Of a stretch of 50,501 bases of DNA, positions 1 to 9,465 are shown piece after piece. The notes under the pieces are model-generated. The model did not search any database, was not told the DNA's origin, and saw only the letters and a program-made list of their open reading frames with translations. The DNA comes from Blastocatellia bacterium (GTDB lineage Bacteria > Acidobacteriota > Blastocatellia > UBA7656): the NCBI GenBank assembly GCA_035537555.1, contig DATLMR010000420.1, positions 1 through 50,501 on the forward strand, read 5' to 3'. The position numbers were made by a program, and so were the translations under genes. Every line of letters begins with the position of its first letter. Position 1 is the first letter of the stretch.

Positions 1-1557
1 AGCGTATCGGACAAGACGGGGCTGGCCGAATTCGCCCGCCGCCTGATCGCTCACGGGATCGAGATCGTCTCGACCGGAGGCACGGCAAAGCTGCTCAGGA
101 GCGAAGGGCTCGCCATCCGCGACGTGTCGGACCTGACCGGCTTTCCCGAAATTCTGAGCGGGCGGGTCAAGACGCTTCATCCGAAAGTTCACGGCGGGAT
201 ACTGGCGATGCGGAGCAACCCGGATCATGACCGGCAGGCGAGGGAGAACGCCATAGAATATATAGACCTGGTGATCGTCAACCTCTATCCGTTCAGCGAG
301 ACGGTTGAGCGCGAAGGAGTCGAAGTCGAAGAGGCCATCGAGAACATAGACATCGGGGGGCCGTCGATGATCCGGTCGGCCGCGAAGAATTTCGAGGACG
401 TAGTCGTCGTCGTCGATCCTTCCGATTACCCGGTGATCGCCGACGAGATGGACGCGAGCGGCGGCGCGGTATCGCGGCTGACGCGATTGCGGCTCGCCCG
501 CCGCGCCTTCGAGGCGACGGCCCTCTACGATGCCGCGATAGCCCGCTTCCTGATCAACCGGGTCGGCATCGAGCCCGAGGCCGAGACTCTCCGGGTCGAG
601 AACCCCTCCGACCTGCCCGCTCGCCTCGCGCTCTTCGCGAGGAAAGAGATGGACCTTCGATACGGCGAGAACCCCCACCAGCGTGCGGCCCTCTACCTGA
701 CGGACGGGCCGGGGCAGGGAATCGCGCGGGCCGTGAAGCTTCAGGGCAAGGAGCTTTCTTTCAATAACCTGATCGATCTCGATGCGGCCTGGCGGCTGGT
801 CTGCGACTTCCCGGATACGGCTTGCGTGATCATCAAGCACACGAATCCTTGTGGCGCCGCCCTCGGGGCCGCCGCCGTCGAGGCGTTCGAAAGAGCGAAG
901 GCGACCGATCCGGTCTCGGCGTTCGGCGGCATCATAGGCTTCAACCGGACGGTGGACCTCGCCGCCGCGCAGGCAATTGCCGGGACTTTCTTTGAGGCCG
1001 TCGTGGCCCCCGGCTACGAACAGGATGCGCTCGACGCCCTGGCCTCGAAGAAGAACCTGCGAGTAATGCAGACTTCGCCTGCCACGAGCGTCGGCCCCGC
1101 TTTCGATATCCGCGTGATCAGCGATAACGGAATGCTCGTACAGGACCCGGACCTCGGGACTCTCGACGATGCCCGGCTTCGCGTCGTGAGCGAGAGAAAG
1201 CCGTCCGAAGAAGAGATGCGGGCTATGAGGTTCGCGTGGATAGTCGCAAAGCACGTCAAGTCGAACGCGATAGTCTATGCCGTGGAGGGCCAGCTTGTCG
1301 GCGTCGGCGCCGGGCAGATGAGCCGCATAGACTCGGTCAAGATAGGAGCTATGAAAGCGCAGCTCCCGCTCGCGGGGACCGTGCTTGCTTCCGACGCGTT
1401 CTTCCCATTCCGCGACGGGGTGGATGAGGCTGCGCGAGTCGGCGTCACGGCCATAATTCAGCCGGGCGGCTCGGTCCGTGATGAAGAGGTCATGGCGGCC
1501 GCCAATGAGCACAATATGGCTATGGTCTTCACTGGAATGCGACATTTCAAACACTAA
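1..1557 (+). CDS. purH: Bifunctional AICAR transformylase / IMP cyclohydrolase (5' end truncated by window edge)
   Basis: The frame is open from nt 1 ([35 protein letters not shown]-like domain). Family motifs [25 protein letters not shown] and GQMSRIDS are present. Stop at 1555-1557. Confidence 0.95.
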   Translation, partial: SVSDKTGLAEFARRLIAHGIEIVSTGGTAKLLRSEGLAIRDVSDLTGFPEILSGRVKTLHPKVHGGILAMRSNPDHDRQARENAIEYIDLVIVNLYPFSETVEREGVEVEEAIENIDIGGPSMIRSAAKNFEDVVVVVDPSDYPVIADEMDASGGAVSRLTRLRLARRAFEATALYDAAIARFLINRVGIEPEAETLRVENPSDLPARLALFARKEMDLRYGENPHQRAALYLTDGPGQGIARAVKLQGKELSFNNLIDLDAAWRLVCDFPDTACVIIKHTNPCGAALGAAAVEAFERAKATDPVSAFGGIIGFNRTVDLAAAQAIAGTFFEAVVAPGYEQDALDALASKKNLRVMQTSPATSVGPAFDIRVISDNGMLVQDPDLGTLDDARLRVVSERKPSEEEMRAMRFAWIVAKHVKSNAIVYAVEGQLVGVGAGQMSRIDSVKIGAMKAQLPLAGTVLASDAFFPFRDGVDEAARVGVTAIIQPGGSVRDEEVMAAANEHNMAMVFTGMRHFKH

Positions 1558-1577
1558 TCCAATCAAGGAGGAGAGAA

Positions 1578-2315
1578 ATGGAGAATGACAACAGGTACAA
1601 TTCGGGGGAGGATCAAGCTGATCGAGGCGCTGAGCCCGATGATCGCCCTGAAGAAACCACGGACGAGGTTGCAGAGGCCAGCGCCGCCGCGATAGATACG
1701 GCAAGCGATCCCGGGCCTGAAAGCGACGAGCCCCCGAGGGCCGACGACGGTCCCCTCGTGAGAGCCGCGCGCGCAATCGGCTCGACTCTCGGAAGGGTAA
1801 TGCCGGGCACGAGCACACCCGCTTCAGCGAAAGCGGGCTCTGCCGGGAAGGCCGGCGCGAGCAAGGGCAGCGCGACGAAAGGGAGCTCCACGAAAGGGAG
1901 CTCCACGAAAGGCAGCCCGGCGAAAAGCGGCGCTGCCAGAGGCGGCGCGAGCAAAGCCATGGCAAGTAAGGGCGGGGCGACGAAAGGCGGGGGTGGAGCT
2001 AAAGGCGCGAAAGCCGGAGCGGGTAAAGGCGGCGGAAAAGGGGGCGGAAAAGGCGCGGCCAGAACAGGCGCCCCGGTGAAAGCCTCGAAGACGGGAGGCG
2101 GAAAGAAAGCGGCGGCCCTGAAAGGCGGCGCGAAGAAAGGCGGCGCTAAGAAAGGTGGGGCAAAGAAGGCCGCATCTTCGACCAAGTCCGGTCCTTCTAA
2201 GAAAGGCGGAGCGGTGAAGAAAGCCGCCCCCGCTAAGAAAGCCACGCCAGCTAAGAAAGCCGGAGGCGCAAAGAAAGGCGCGGCCAGGGGCGCGGCAAAG
2301 AAGGGCAGGCGTTAG
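1578..2315 (+). CDS. Histone H1-like / AlgP-like low-complexity basic protein (acidic N-terminus, Lys/Ala/Gly-rich repeats)
   Basis: Strong SD (AAGGAGG) 6 nt upstream of the ATG. The 245-aa product has an acidic N-terminal ~60 aa followed by KGSSTKGSSTKGS, KGGAKKGGAKKGGAKK and AKKA-type repeats. The coding frame is chosen over its antisense shadow because of the SD and its position directly after purH. Confidence 0.7.
   Translation: MENDNRYNSGEDQADRGAEPDDRPEETTDEVAEASAAAIDTASDPGPESDEPPRADDGPLVRAARAIGSTLGRVMPGTSTPASAKAGSAGKAGASKGSATKGSSTKGSSTKGSPAKSGAARGGASKAMASKGGATKGGGGAKGAKAGAGKGGGKGGGKGAARTGAPVKASKTGGGKKAAALKGGAKKGGAKKGGAKKAASSTKSGPSKKGGAVKKAAPAKKATPAKKAGGAKKGAARGAAKKGRR
1875..1919 (+). 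repeat. 15-nt in-frame tandem repeat (acgaaagggagctcc x2 perfect, third copy imperfect) encoding TKGSS units
   Basis: Read directly: unit 1 at 1875-1889 and unit 2 at 1890-1904 are identical; unit 3 at 1905-1919 is diverged. Confidence 0.85.
2120..2164 (+). repeat. 15-nt in-frame tandem repeat (gaaaggcggcgcgaa-like x3) encoding KGGAK units
   Basis: Read directly: gaaaggcggcgcgaa / gaaaggcggcgctaa / gaaaggtggggcaaa. Confidence 0.8.
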
Positions 2316-2378
2316 AAGCGGATCTGATTACTCTTGATGACCGCGAATTATTCCGCTCGCGATCGATAGAACGCGCGC

Positions 2379-2421
2379 CGCGGGGGCGATATGTGAATAG
2401 CGCTTCACTATCGCCCCCGCG
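2379..2421. terminator. Long GC-rich hairpin between convergent genes (possible bidirectional terminator)
   Basis: cgcgggggcgata ... tatcgcccccgcg forms a 13-bp outer stem with an inner gtgaa/ttcac extension. It lies between the stop of the H1-like gene (2315) and the stop of cutA (2485). There is no clear U-tract. Confidence 0.45.
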
Positions 2422-2484
2422 AGGGTGAACAGGCCGGGTTGACCGAGGTTCAAGCGATCACGAGCTTTGGGAGAGCAGATTCCG

Positions 2485-2829
2485 CTACGAGACCTCCGTG
2501 GACCGCCTCAGCCAGTCGAGGTATTCTCTCGACCCACGCTCGACGCTGAAGGCGATGACTTCCGGAGTGGTATAACTGTGGAGCTCTTTAACGCGCCGCT
2601 CAAGCGCGTCGTATCGCTCCCCGGTCGTCTTGATTATTAAAAGCACTTCACGGTCACGCGCGATTTTGCCTTCCCACCTGTAGATGGATTCGATCCCTCC
2701 TACGATGTTTACGCAGGCGGCCAGTCGCTCGGAAACCAGGGCTTCCGCCAACCGCGTCGCCTCTCCTTCATCAGGTGCGGTTACGAAAGCTATCAGCTCT
2801 GACTTGGTCACGTCGGTATCCGTCGCCAT
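2485..2829 (-). CDS. cutA: Divalent-cation tolerance protein CutA
   Basis: ACVNIVGGIESIYRWEGKI and the C-terminal TTPEVIAF..EYLDWL pattern are typical of CutA1. I chose the internal Met (MATDTDV) giving 114 aa; the ORF is open to 2877. Confidence 0.85.
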   Translation of the reverse strand: MATDTDVTKSELIAFVTAPDEGEATRLAEALVSERLAACVNIVGGIESIYRWEGKIARDREVLLIIKTTGERYDALERRVKELHSYTTPEVIAFSVERGSREYLDWLRRSTEVS

Positions 2830-2898
2830 GTGCTGAATGTTAGCAAAACTCGGAATACCAATGCACGTGGCGATCACGGTCGAAAGGGCCTGAGTGAT

Positions 2899-3996
2899 TT
2901 ATCGAAGCCTCTCGTCTCCCGCGGTCGATTCGGAGTCCGCGCCCCGGTCCTGAACGGAGTCCGTGGTTGCCGACATGAATTTTCTTACCCATTCGGTGAA
3001 CAGGTAATTCTCTTCCATGAACGGAAAGTGGCCACTGCGCTCGAGCACCACCATCCTCGATTGCGGCAAGCCCTTTGCCAGCTCGTCGCCGTGATTCAAA
3101 GGAGTCACGAGGTCATACCTCCCGCCGAGAACGAGAGTCGGAACCTTTATACTCCCGAGCTGAGCGCGCACGTCGAAACCGCTTGAGCTTCCGGCGCCCA
3201 GCAGCTTCCTGGCCAGCATATCGAAGTAGGCAGAATACGTCCCTCTGTCGAGCGACCGCGCATCGGGCACTTTATGAAAGTAATGCGGGAAGAGCGCGCG
3301 GTAGCGATTTCGGACCCGGTCGCACGGAGAGCCCGACCCCTGAAGGCCCTCGGTCGAATTGAAGGCCGCAAGCTCTTTCGGGGAGAGAGAGTTGACCAGC
3401 CGCTTCTCCACCGCCGCGGGGCTTTCGACCATGCCGGACGTGCTGACCAGGATGAGCCGCTTTACGTGCTCAGGATGGCGCAGCGCGTATGTGAGCGCGA
3501 TAGCTCCGCCGAAGCTGTGCCCCAGCAGAGTGACGCGGTCAAGCCCGAGGGATTGCCGCAGCGCGTCGACATCTTCGGCCATCTCTTCGAGCGTGGCCAC
3601 CTCGTAGCGGGCCCCCGTGCTGAGCATGTCCGCGCGCCGGTCGAAGTAGACGAGCCTCGCATACTTCGCGAGGTTCGACAGACCCGGATGGAAATATTCG
3701 TGGGGCATTCCGGGGCCTCCGTGAATGACCACGACCGTCTCGTCGCCCACTCCCTCTGTTTCGTAGTGGAGGTCGATGCCGCCCGAGCTAAATTGCCCGT
3801 AGTTCAGGTTGGGAGTCCAGACATGGTGAAATGACAGGTAGGGAGAGAACTCCCCGGGCCTGGCGGGCCGGGACGATCCGGCCAGCAGCAGACAGTCAAG
3901 CTCGGCCCTCGATGCGCGCTCCTGCGCGTGCGCGGGCGCTATGAACCCTAGAATAAGTAAAGAAACTATGGCAACGCGTGAAAGATGCTTCATCAC
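2899..3996 (-). CDS. Secreted alpha/beta hydrolase (proline iminopeptidase-like, S33 family)
   Basis: N-terminal signal peptide (MMKHLSRVAIVSLLILGFIAPAHAQ), oxyanion motif HGGPG and nucleophile elbow GHSFGG. Confidence 0.8.
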   Translation of the reverse strand: MMKHLSRVAIVSLLILGFIAPAHAQERASRAELDCLLLAGSSRPARPGEFSPYLSFHHVWTPNLNYGQFSSGGIDLHYETEGVGDETVVVIHGGPGMPHEYFHPGLSNLAKYARLVYFDRRADMLSTGARYEVATLEEMAEDVDALRQSLGLDRVTLLGHSFGGAIALTYALRHPEHVKRLILVSTSGMVESPAAVEKRLVNSLSPKELAAFNSTEGLQGSGSPCDRVRNRYRALFPHYFHKVPDARSLDRGTYSAYFDMLARKLLGAGSSSGFDVRAQLGSIKVPTLVLGGRYDLVTPLNHGDELAKGLPQSRMVVLERSGHFPFMEENYLFTEWVRKFMSATTDSVQDRGADSESTAGDERLR

Positions 3997-4135
3997 AAAA
4001 CCCTCTCGATGCGCGACGCCCGAATATCAACGACCGAGCTTAGACTGCGGCAGAGGACGGCCCGTTACGCGGCTCGCCGGTACGTTGCCTCTACATCGAT
4101 AAAAGCTCAAAAATTATGCTGATAATCGGCGGGCG

Positions 4136-4510
4136 TCACTGCTCGCCTTCGGCTTGATTTTCGCTGGCAGGGGCAGGTGAATCTGCGTCGAAGTAGGCTT
4201 CGTAGACCTCGACCGCGCGGTCCATATCGCGCTCGTCGACCATGATGACGACTTCCTGTGAAAAGCTGCTCGGGATGACGGCGAAATCGCCGCCCTGAAC
4301 GAACGCCCGAATTCCGTTCTGCTCAAGGATATTGAAGGCCATCTCGGCCTCGGCGCTGGTCTTGAACGATTGAAAGGGCACCGGCTCGCCATCGGTCTTA
4401 TCGTGGACGGTCGTATCCGGAGTCAATTCCGGAACCAGCTCGAAGTTACAGTCGGTGCAGACGGTTATACCCTCTTTGTACTCGGCTTCGCAGTTTGGGC
4501 AAAATGCCAT
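4136..4510 (-). CDS. Small zinc-ribbon + DUF2007-like (putative signal-transducing) protein
   Basis: CPNCEAEY...CTDC zinc-ribbon at the N-terminus. The C-terminal AEAEMAFNILEQNGIRAFV..MVDERDMDRAVEV pattern resembles the DUF2007 fold. Confidence 0.6.
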   Translation of the reverse strand: MAFCPNCEAEYKEGITVCTDCNFELVPELTPDTTVHDKTDGEPVPFQSFKTSAEAEMAFNILEQNGIRAFVQGGDFAVIPSSFSQEVVIMVDERDMDRAVEVYEAYFDADSPAPASENQAEGEQ

Positions 4511-4583
4511 TCTCTGTCCTATCGCTTCGGCCTCAGCGCCCTTGAGGCATTCCTTAATCTCGGCCCTTCAAAGGACCCTCTGT

Positions 4584-4612
4584 ATAATATTCTCCGCCTC
4601 GCCGTGGCGCAA
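4584..4612 (-). promoter_or_regulatory. Sigma70-like promoter candidate for the 4136-4510 gene
   Basis: On the minus strand: TTGCGC (4612-4607), a 17-nt spacer, then TATTAT (4589-4584), about 70 nt upstream of the start codon. Motif match only. Confidence 0.35.
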
Positions 4613-4665
4613 TAGTTTTTAACCCGGCGCGGGCTGATATACGGTCGAACAACTCTTTCGACGCT

Positions 4666-5544
4666 CTAGGATTCCGAATCGCGCAGCCAGAGCCCTTCGT
4701 AGATCACCTCTGCCGAGCCGGTGAGCGCGACACGATTATCGTCCCGCCATTCGATGCGCAGAGTCCCGCCGCCCGTCCGCACGTCGATGGAGCGAGCCGT
4801 GAAGCCGTTCAGCATCGCCGCGACGGCCGCCCCGCAGGACCCGGTGCCGGAAGAGAGCGTTCGACCGACGCCGCGTTCCCAGAACATCACCTCGATCTCT
4901 TCGGGCGAAATCACGCGCGCGAATTCGACATTGGTACGGTTGGGGAAAACCGGATGGTCTTCGATGAGCGGCCCGATCTCTTCCAAATTCAACGACTCCA
5001 GGTCTTCAATGAAGAGGGTGCAGTGCGGGTTGCCCATGGAAACGCAGGTCACTTCGAATATCTCTCCCCCGAGCATCAGGCCATGGGCGACTACCTTCGG
5101 CAACGGGCGGTCGAGGCTCATGGGGATCTCAAGGCTCGAGAAGCGCGGCTCGCCCATGTCGAACTCGAAATCTAACCGCGTGCCCGAACGCGCTACCAGC
5201 TCGCCTGTCTTTGTTCCGGCGGCGGTGTCGATCCTGATCCGGGGCTCTGACCAGCGCTTCGTGTAGTAAAGAAATGCGGCGGCGCAGCGAGTGCCGTTGC
5301 CGGAGACTTCCGCCTCGCTCCCATCGGAATTGAAGATCCGGGAAGAGAAATCGGCACCGGGTCCGGCGGACGGAGCGACGAAGACTATCCCGTCGGCCCC
5401 CGCTCCATACCTCCTATCGCATATCGCGCGCGCAAGCGCGGGCGCGCCTGCAAGCGGTTCGACATCCTCGACCGGAATGATGAGGAAATCGTTCCCGGCC
5501 CCCTGTAGCTTTGTGAATCGCAACTCTTCCAATTTCCCTCGCAT
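4666..5544 (-). CDS. dapF: Diaminopimelate epimerase
   Basis: GAGNDFLI, and both catalytic-Cys motifs GNGTRCAA and SGTGSCGAA; also MGNPHC. Confidence 0.95.
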   Translation of the reverse strand: MRGKLEELRFTKLQGAGNDFLIIPVEDVEPLAGAPALARAICDRRYGAGADGIVFVAPSAGPGADFSSRIFNSDGSEAEVSGNGTRCAAAFLYYTKRWSEPRIRIDTAAGTKTGELVARSGTRLDFEFDMGEPRFSSLEIPMSLDRPLPKVVAHGLMLGGEIFEVTCVSMGNPHCTLFIEDLESLNLEEIGPLIEDHPVFPNRTNVEFARVISPEEIEVMFWERGVGRTLSSGTGSCGAAVAAMLNGFTARSIDVRTGGGTLRIEWRDDNRVALTGSAEVIYEGLWLRDSES

Positions 5545-5666
5545 CCGTTCGGTTTACTCCGGCTACGTCTCAACGCCGATTGCAGCTTGACCGGCGTGGC
5601 CCCGTATGCTAATTTTCACGCTTCCCCAACACTTGCTCGAGCAGGCATTGAAAGGAGCGTTAAGCT

Positions 5667-6068
5667 GTGGCAAGCCTCCAAGCTAGAAGCGCTTTACGTA
5701 GTACTCACCCATTTCTGGTCCTATATAAACTGATATCCATTATTGCCTCTATTGCCCTGCTCGCCGCCGGGTGGGTCACCCTTTGCTATGTGAAGAACCT
5801 GCTCTCCGACCCGGAAGCGTCCGCGCAACAGTCAAGATCGGCGGCCCCCGAGCCCGCGACCGGGGCGGCGGCCGGGTTGAACGAGCCCGGCCGCGCGCAG
5901 GTCAAGCACCTGTCAAAGCCCGTCAAGCTGGTTTACTCGTGCGCGACGGACCGCGAATTTTATCACACGGCGACTCATATCCCCAGACAATGCGAGCGCA
6001 CCGCCCTGAGCGAAGAGGCGGCCTTCGAGCGCAATCTCAGGCCCTGTAATATCTGCATGAAGGAGTGA
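5667..6068 (+). CDS. Hypothetical membrane-anchored protein with C-terminal Cys/His motif
   Basis: GTG start; one N-terminal TM helix (LISIIASIALLAAGWVTLCYV). The C-terminal YH..C...EEAAFERNLRPCNIC loosely resembles Ada-type Zn-binding modules. No strong family assignment. Confidence 0.45.
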   Translation: MASLQARSALRSTHPFLVLYKLISIIASIALLAAGWVTLCYVKNLLSDPEASAQQSRSAAPEPATGAAAGLNEPGRAQVKHLSKPVKLVYSCATDREFYHTATHIPRQCERTALSEEAAFERNLRPCNICMKE

Positions 6069-6093
6069 TTTCGGGCATCGGGCTCGCCCGCGT

Positions 6094-7035
6094 CTAAACC
6101 TCTTTCGATAGCCTTCGGCGCGGCATCTCGTCTTCCTCAAAGTGCGAGAGGGCGCGAAGCTCGCGGAAGCGCGCGGAGATCTCGTCGTACGTAAGCCGGC
6201 GCAGGCGGTCGCAGCTGAACTCTTCCACATTGAAGGAAGCCATGACCGAGCCGTATATGATTGCCCGCCTCATGGCGGCTTCGCCGGTAGAATCGGCAGC
6301 CGCGAGGTAGCCCATGAACCCTCCGGCAAAGCTGTCGCCCGCGCCGGTCGGGTCGAAAACGTCTTCCAGAGGGTAAGCCGGGGTCGCGAAGTACGACTCT
6401 TCCGTAAACATCGCCGCGCCGTATTCGCCCCTTTTTACGACCAGCCGTCCGGGGCCCATCGAGAGGATCTTTCTCGCCGCGCGGACGAGGTTGGCTTCTC
6501 CCGCAAGCTCTCTCGCCTCGGAGTCATTGATGATCAATATGTCGATATGCTTCAGCATCTCAATGAGGTCGTCGCGCGTGTTGTCTATCCAGTAATTCAT
6601 CGTGTCCGCGGCCACGAGCTTTGCCGCTACCTGCTTGCGGACTTCGACCTGAAGCTGCGGCTGGATATTGCCCAGGAATAGAAAGGGCGTTTCCCTCGCG
6701 GCGTCCGACAGCTTGGGATTGAAGTCGGCAAAGACATTGAGCTGGGTATCCAGGGTGCGCGCGACGTTGAGATCGTAGCCGTACTCGCCCTTCCAGTGAA
6801 AGCTCGGCTGGCCCTCGATCCTTTCCAGGTCGGACAGATCGATTTCGCGCTCTCTGAAGACCGCTTCTTCCTCGGCCCCGAAGTCTTCGCCTACGACAGC
6901 AACTACACGCACGTCCGTAAAAAAAGAAGCGGCGACGCTGAAGAACGTCGCGGACCCGCCCAGCGCGCGGTTTCTCGCTCCGAAGGGCGTCTTGATGGAA
7001 TCAAACGCCACAGATCCTACGACCAGAACTGACAT
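6094..7035 (-). CDS. PfkB-family carbohydrate/nucleoside kinase
   Basis: DPTGAGDSFAGGF ATP-binding signature and an N-terminal GGSA motif; 313 aa. Confidence 0.85.
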   Translation of the reverse strand: MSVLVVGSVAFDSIKTPFGARNRALGGSATFFSVAASFFTDVRVVAVVGEDFGAEEEAVFREREIDLSDLERIEGQPSFHWKGEYGYDLNVARTLDTQLNVFADFNPKLSDAARETPFLFLGNIQPQLQVEVRKQVAAKLVAADTMNYWIDNTRDDLIEMLKHIDILIINDSEARELAGEANLVRAARKILSMGPGRLVVKRGEYGAAMFTEESYFATPAYPLEDVFDPTGAGDSFAGGFMGYLAAADSTGEAAMRRAIIYGSVMASFNVEEFSCDRLRRLTYDEISARFRELRALSHFEEDEMPRRRLSKEV

Positions 7036-7102
7036 TTATTATCTCACCTCGATTAATAAGAAATCGTTTCGCCGAAGCGAAGCTTGAAAGAGCTCGATGC
7101 GC

Positions 7103-7546
7103 CTACTGCTTTTTCGCCTCCCCGCTCTTCTGCTCGCCCTTGCCCGCGGCCCTGGTCTCTTCGAGCCGCAGCCGGGCCTTCTCCACGAACGCGCTGCCCG
7201 GGTACTTTTCGACCACCTTGTTGTAAAACTCGGAAGCCTGCTCGGGCTTTCCGAGCTTCATGTGCGCCTCGCCGAGCAGGAAAAAGACTTCGTCGATGCG
7301 CGAAAACTCGGGATAGGTGTCGAAGATCTCCTGGAGCCTGTCGCGCGCGCCCTCGTAGGCCTTGCGCTTGGTCAGGTACCAGCGGGCGACCTCTAGATTA
7401 TGCCTGGCCGTCGTTTCCATTATGGGATCGCGAGGAGCCTCGATCCGCCCGCCCGCGGGTCCCTGCGCGTTCGCGGCTCCGGCGCAGATGAAGAAGATGG
7501 CCGAGAGCAGAAGGGGTATCCTGGCGGTTAGCCTCATGCCGAACAT
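7103..7546 (-). CDS. Secreted TPR protein, BamD/YbgF-like
   Basis: Signal peptide ending AANAQ. The YPEFSRIDEVFFLLGEAHMKLGKPEQASEFYNKVVEKYPGS pattern matches BamD/YbgF-type TPR repeats. Confidence 0.6.
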   Translation of the reverse strand: MFGMRLTARIPLLLSAIFFICAGAANAQGPAGGRIEAPRDPIMETTARHNLEVARWYLTKRKAYEGARDRLQEIFDTYPEFSRIDEVFFLLGEAHMKLGKPEQASEFYNKVVEKYPGSAFVEKARLRLEETRAAGKGEQKSGEAKKQ

Positions 7547-7605
7547 ATTCGATCCTCCTGAGACGTGGCGAGAAGAATATCCACACGCGCGCCACTCATC
7601 GGTTT

Positions 7606-8475
7606 CTACACGTATTTGCCGATGATCGCTTTCAATCGGGTCCGGGCCTCGGGCGAAATCTTATCCCGAGAGGTAATGATAGCATGCTGAAGCGCGCGGC
7701 CACACTTGCAGTCCCGCCCCGACGATGCCAGGCGCGCCACCGCGCCCGCTATCAGCCTCTGCGCGTTCGCGGAGTTTCTGTTCAGGTAGTCGATGACCAT
7801 CTCGACCGTGACCGAATGATGCTCCGGATGCCAGCAATCGTAATCGGTGACCAGGGCCATCGTCGCGTAGCAGATTTCGGCCTCCCGCGCCAGCTTCGCT
7901 TCCTGCAGGTTGGTCATCCCGATCACCGACATGCCCCACGAGCGGTAGACCTCCGATTCCGCTTTCGTGGAGAAGGCGGGGCCTTCCATGCATAGATAGG
8001 TGCCGCCCCTGTGAATGTCCACGCCTTCAAGCTCCTCGCGAGCCGTCTTCTCAAGCACGTCGCAGAGATCGCGGCAGACGGGATCGGCGAAGGTGACGTG
8101 TGCCACGACGCCTTCCCCGAAAAAGGTCGATACGCGGTGGCGGGTCCTGTCGAAGAACTGGTCCGGAAAGGCAATGTCCATCGGTTTGAGCTCTTCGCGC
8201 AGAGAGCCGACGGCGCTGGCCGAGATTATGCGCTCGACGCCGAGTATCTTCATCGCGTAGATGTTCGCGCGGAAAGGCAGCTCCGACGGCATCAGAGTGT
8301 GGCCGCGCCCGTGGCGAGGCAGAAAAGCGACGCGAGCGCCGCCGAGACTCCCGATTATGAAAGCGTCCGAGGGGCTGCCGAAAGGCGTCTCTATGACGAC
8401 CTCTTCGACATCTTTGAGCCCCTCCATCTGGTATAGCCCGCTCCCGCCTATCACTCCGATCTTGACCTCTGACAC
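7606..8475 (-). CDS. mtnP: S-methyl-5'-thioadenosine phosphorylase
   Basis: [19 protein letters not shown] and the C-terminal YDCWHP pattern. GTG start at 8475 is preceded by AGGAGG. The 522-aa ORF in the track is an upstream read-through overlapping the next gene. Confidence 0.9.
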   Translation of the reverse strand: MSEVKIGVIGGSGLYQMEGLKDVEEVVIETPFGSPSDAFIIGSLGGARVAFLPRHGRGHTLMPSELPFRANIYAMKILGVERIISASAVGSLREELKPMDIAFPDQFFDRTRHRVSTFFGEGVVAHVTFADPVCRDLCDVLEKTAREELEGVDIHRGGTYLCMEGPAFSTKAESEVYRSWGMSVIGMTNLQEAKLAREAEICYATMALVTDYDCWHPEHHSVTVEMVIDYLNRNSANAQRLIAGAVARLASSGRDCKCGRALQHAIITSRDKISPEARTRLKAIIGKYV

Positions 8476-8537
8476 TCTGTTTGCCTCCTGGTGATTTTCC
8501 CGCCACGGTCGCGGGGTCTCGAATCGACCTTCGCTGA

Positions 8538-9380
8538 TTATGGCTTCCCGTCCCACGGGGTGACCGCGATCCTGGAGCCGTCCTGACGCAGGCGGCCGAG
8601 CGGAACGCGCGGATCGTGGTAGAACGCGCAGACCCAGTTTTCGGCCATGGCCTGAGGGACCAGGCGCTTCTTCTGTTCCAGGGTCTCGACCGGGTAAAGG
8701 TCGTAGCTCATCACCCAGGCCGGCTGAACGTGGGCGGTCGTGGGCAGGAGGTCGGCGAAGAAGAAAGCGGTTTCCCCCTCCGAGTCTACGCGGACGCATT
8801 GCAGGTCTCGATTGTGCCCCGCGACTTTCAGAACCCGCACCCCGGGAACGATCTCCGCTTCTCCGTCGATAAGGTCGAACTGGCCCGCCTCGACCACGGG
8901 CTCGAAGTCGGCGGGAATGTAGCTCGCGCGGTCGCGCTCGTGAGGAGAGAATGCGTGTTCCAGCTCGCCCTTCTGCACCACGTAGCGCGCGCGCGGAAAT
9001 GCGGGCACCGGGCGGCCGTCGCGCTCGACGGTATTGGTGCCCGCGTGGTCGAAATGCAGATGGGTATTGATTACGTAGTCGATCTCCTCGGCCGCGATGC
9101 CTCTCTTCCCAAGCTCCGCGAGCAGGTCCGTCTCGTCGGCGATCCCGTAGCGGTCGCGAGAGCGCTCGTCCCATTTGCGGCCTATCCCGGTATCGATGAG
9201 GATCTTTTCGCGCGGCGTGCTGACGAGAAGGGAATTGAGGCCAAGCCGTATCCTATTGCGTTCGTCGGGAGCGAAGTGACGCTCCCACAAGACGCGGGGC
9301 ACGACGCTGAAGATCGCGCCGCCGTCGAGCGCGAATGTGCCGTCGGATATGGTTTCTATATCGAACGAGCCGAATTTCAT
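8538..9380 (-). CDS. MBL-fold metallo-hydrolase
   Basis: [12 protein letters not shown] (HxHxDH motif) and a downstream AGHNRD histidine. Confidence 0.85.
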   Translation of the reverse strand: MKFGSFDIETISDGTFALDGGAIFSVVPRVLWERHFAPDERNRIRLGLNSLLVSTPREKILIDTGIGRKWDERSRDRYGIADETDLLAELGKRGIAAEEIDYVINTHLHFDHAGTNTVERDGRPVPAFPRARYVVQKGELEHAFSPHERDRASYIPADFEPVVEAGQFDLIDGEAEIVPGVRVLKVAGHNRDLQCVRVDSEGETAFFFADLLPTTAHVQPAWVMSYDLYPVETLEQKKRLVPQAMAENWVCAFYHDPRVPLGRLRQDGSRIAVTPWDGKP

Positions 9381-9465
9381 AGGAGTCCAGGGCCGGTCGC
9401 GCGACGGTGGCTAGAAAGGGGCAGCCGCCGGGGCTGCCCCCTCAATCGTTGTCAGCTCGCGGAAG

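Noticed and set aside
1613-2245. 210-aa minus-strand ORF (Pro/Phe/Ala-rich) antisense to the H1-like gene
   Set aside because: It is the mirror frame of a repetitive GC-rich coding region. It has no SD and no recognisable fold, whereas the plus-strand frame has a strong SD and follows purH directly.
8476-9174. N-terminal 233-aa extension of the mtnP ORF (522-aa track ORF)
   Set aside because: The extension is Arg/Gly/Pro-rich nonsense and overlaps the well-supported MBL-hydrolase gene in another frame. MTAP homology begins exactly at the GTG at 8475, which has an AGGAGG SD.
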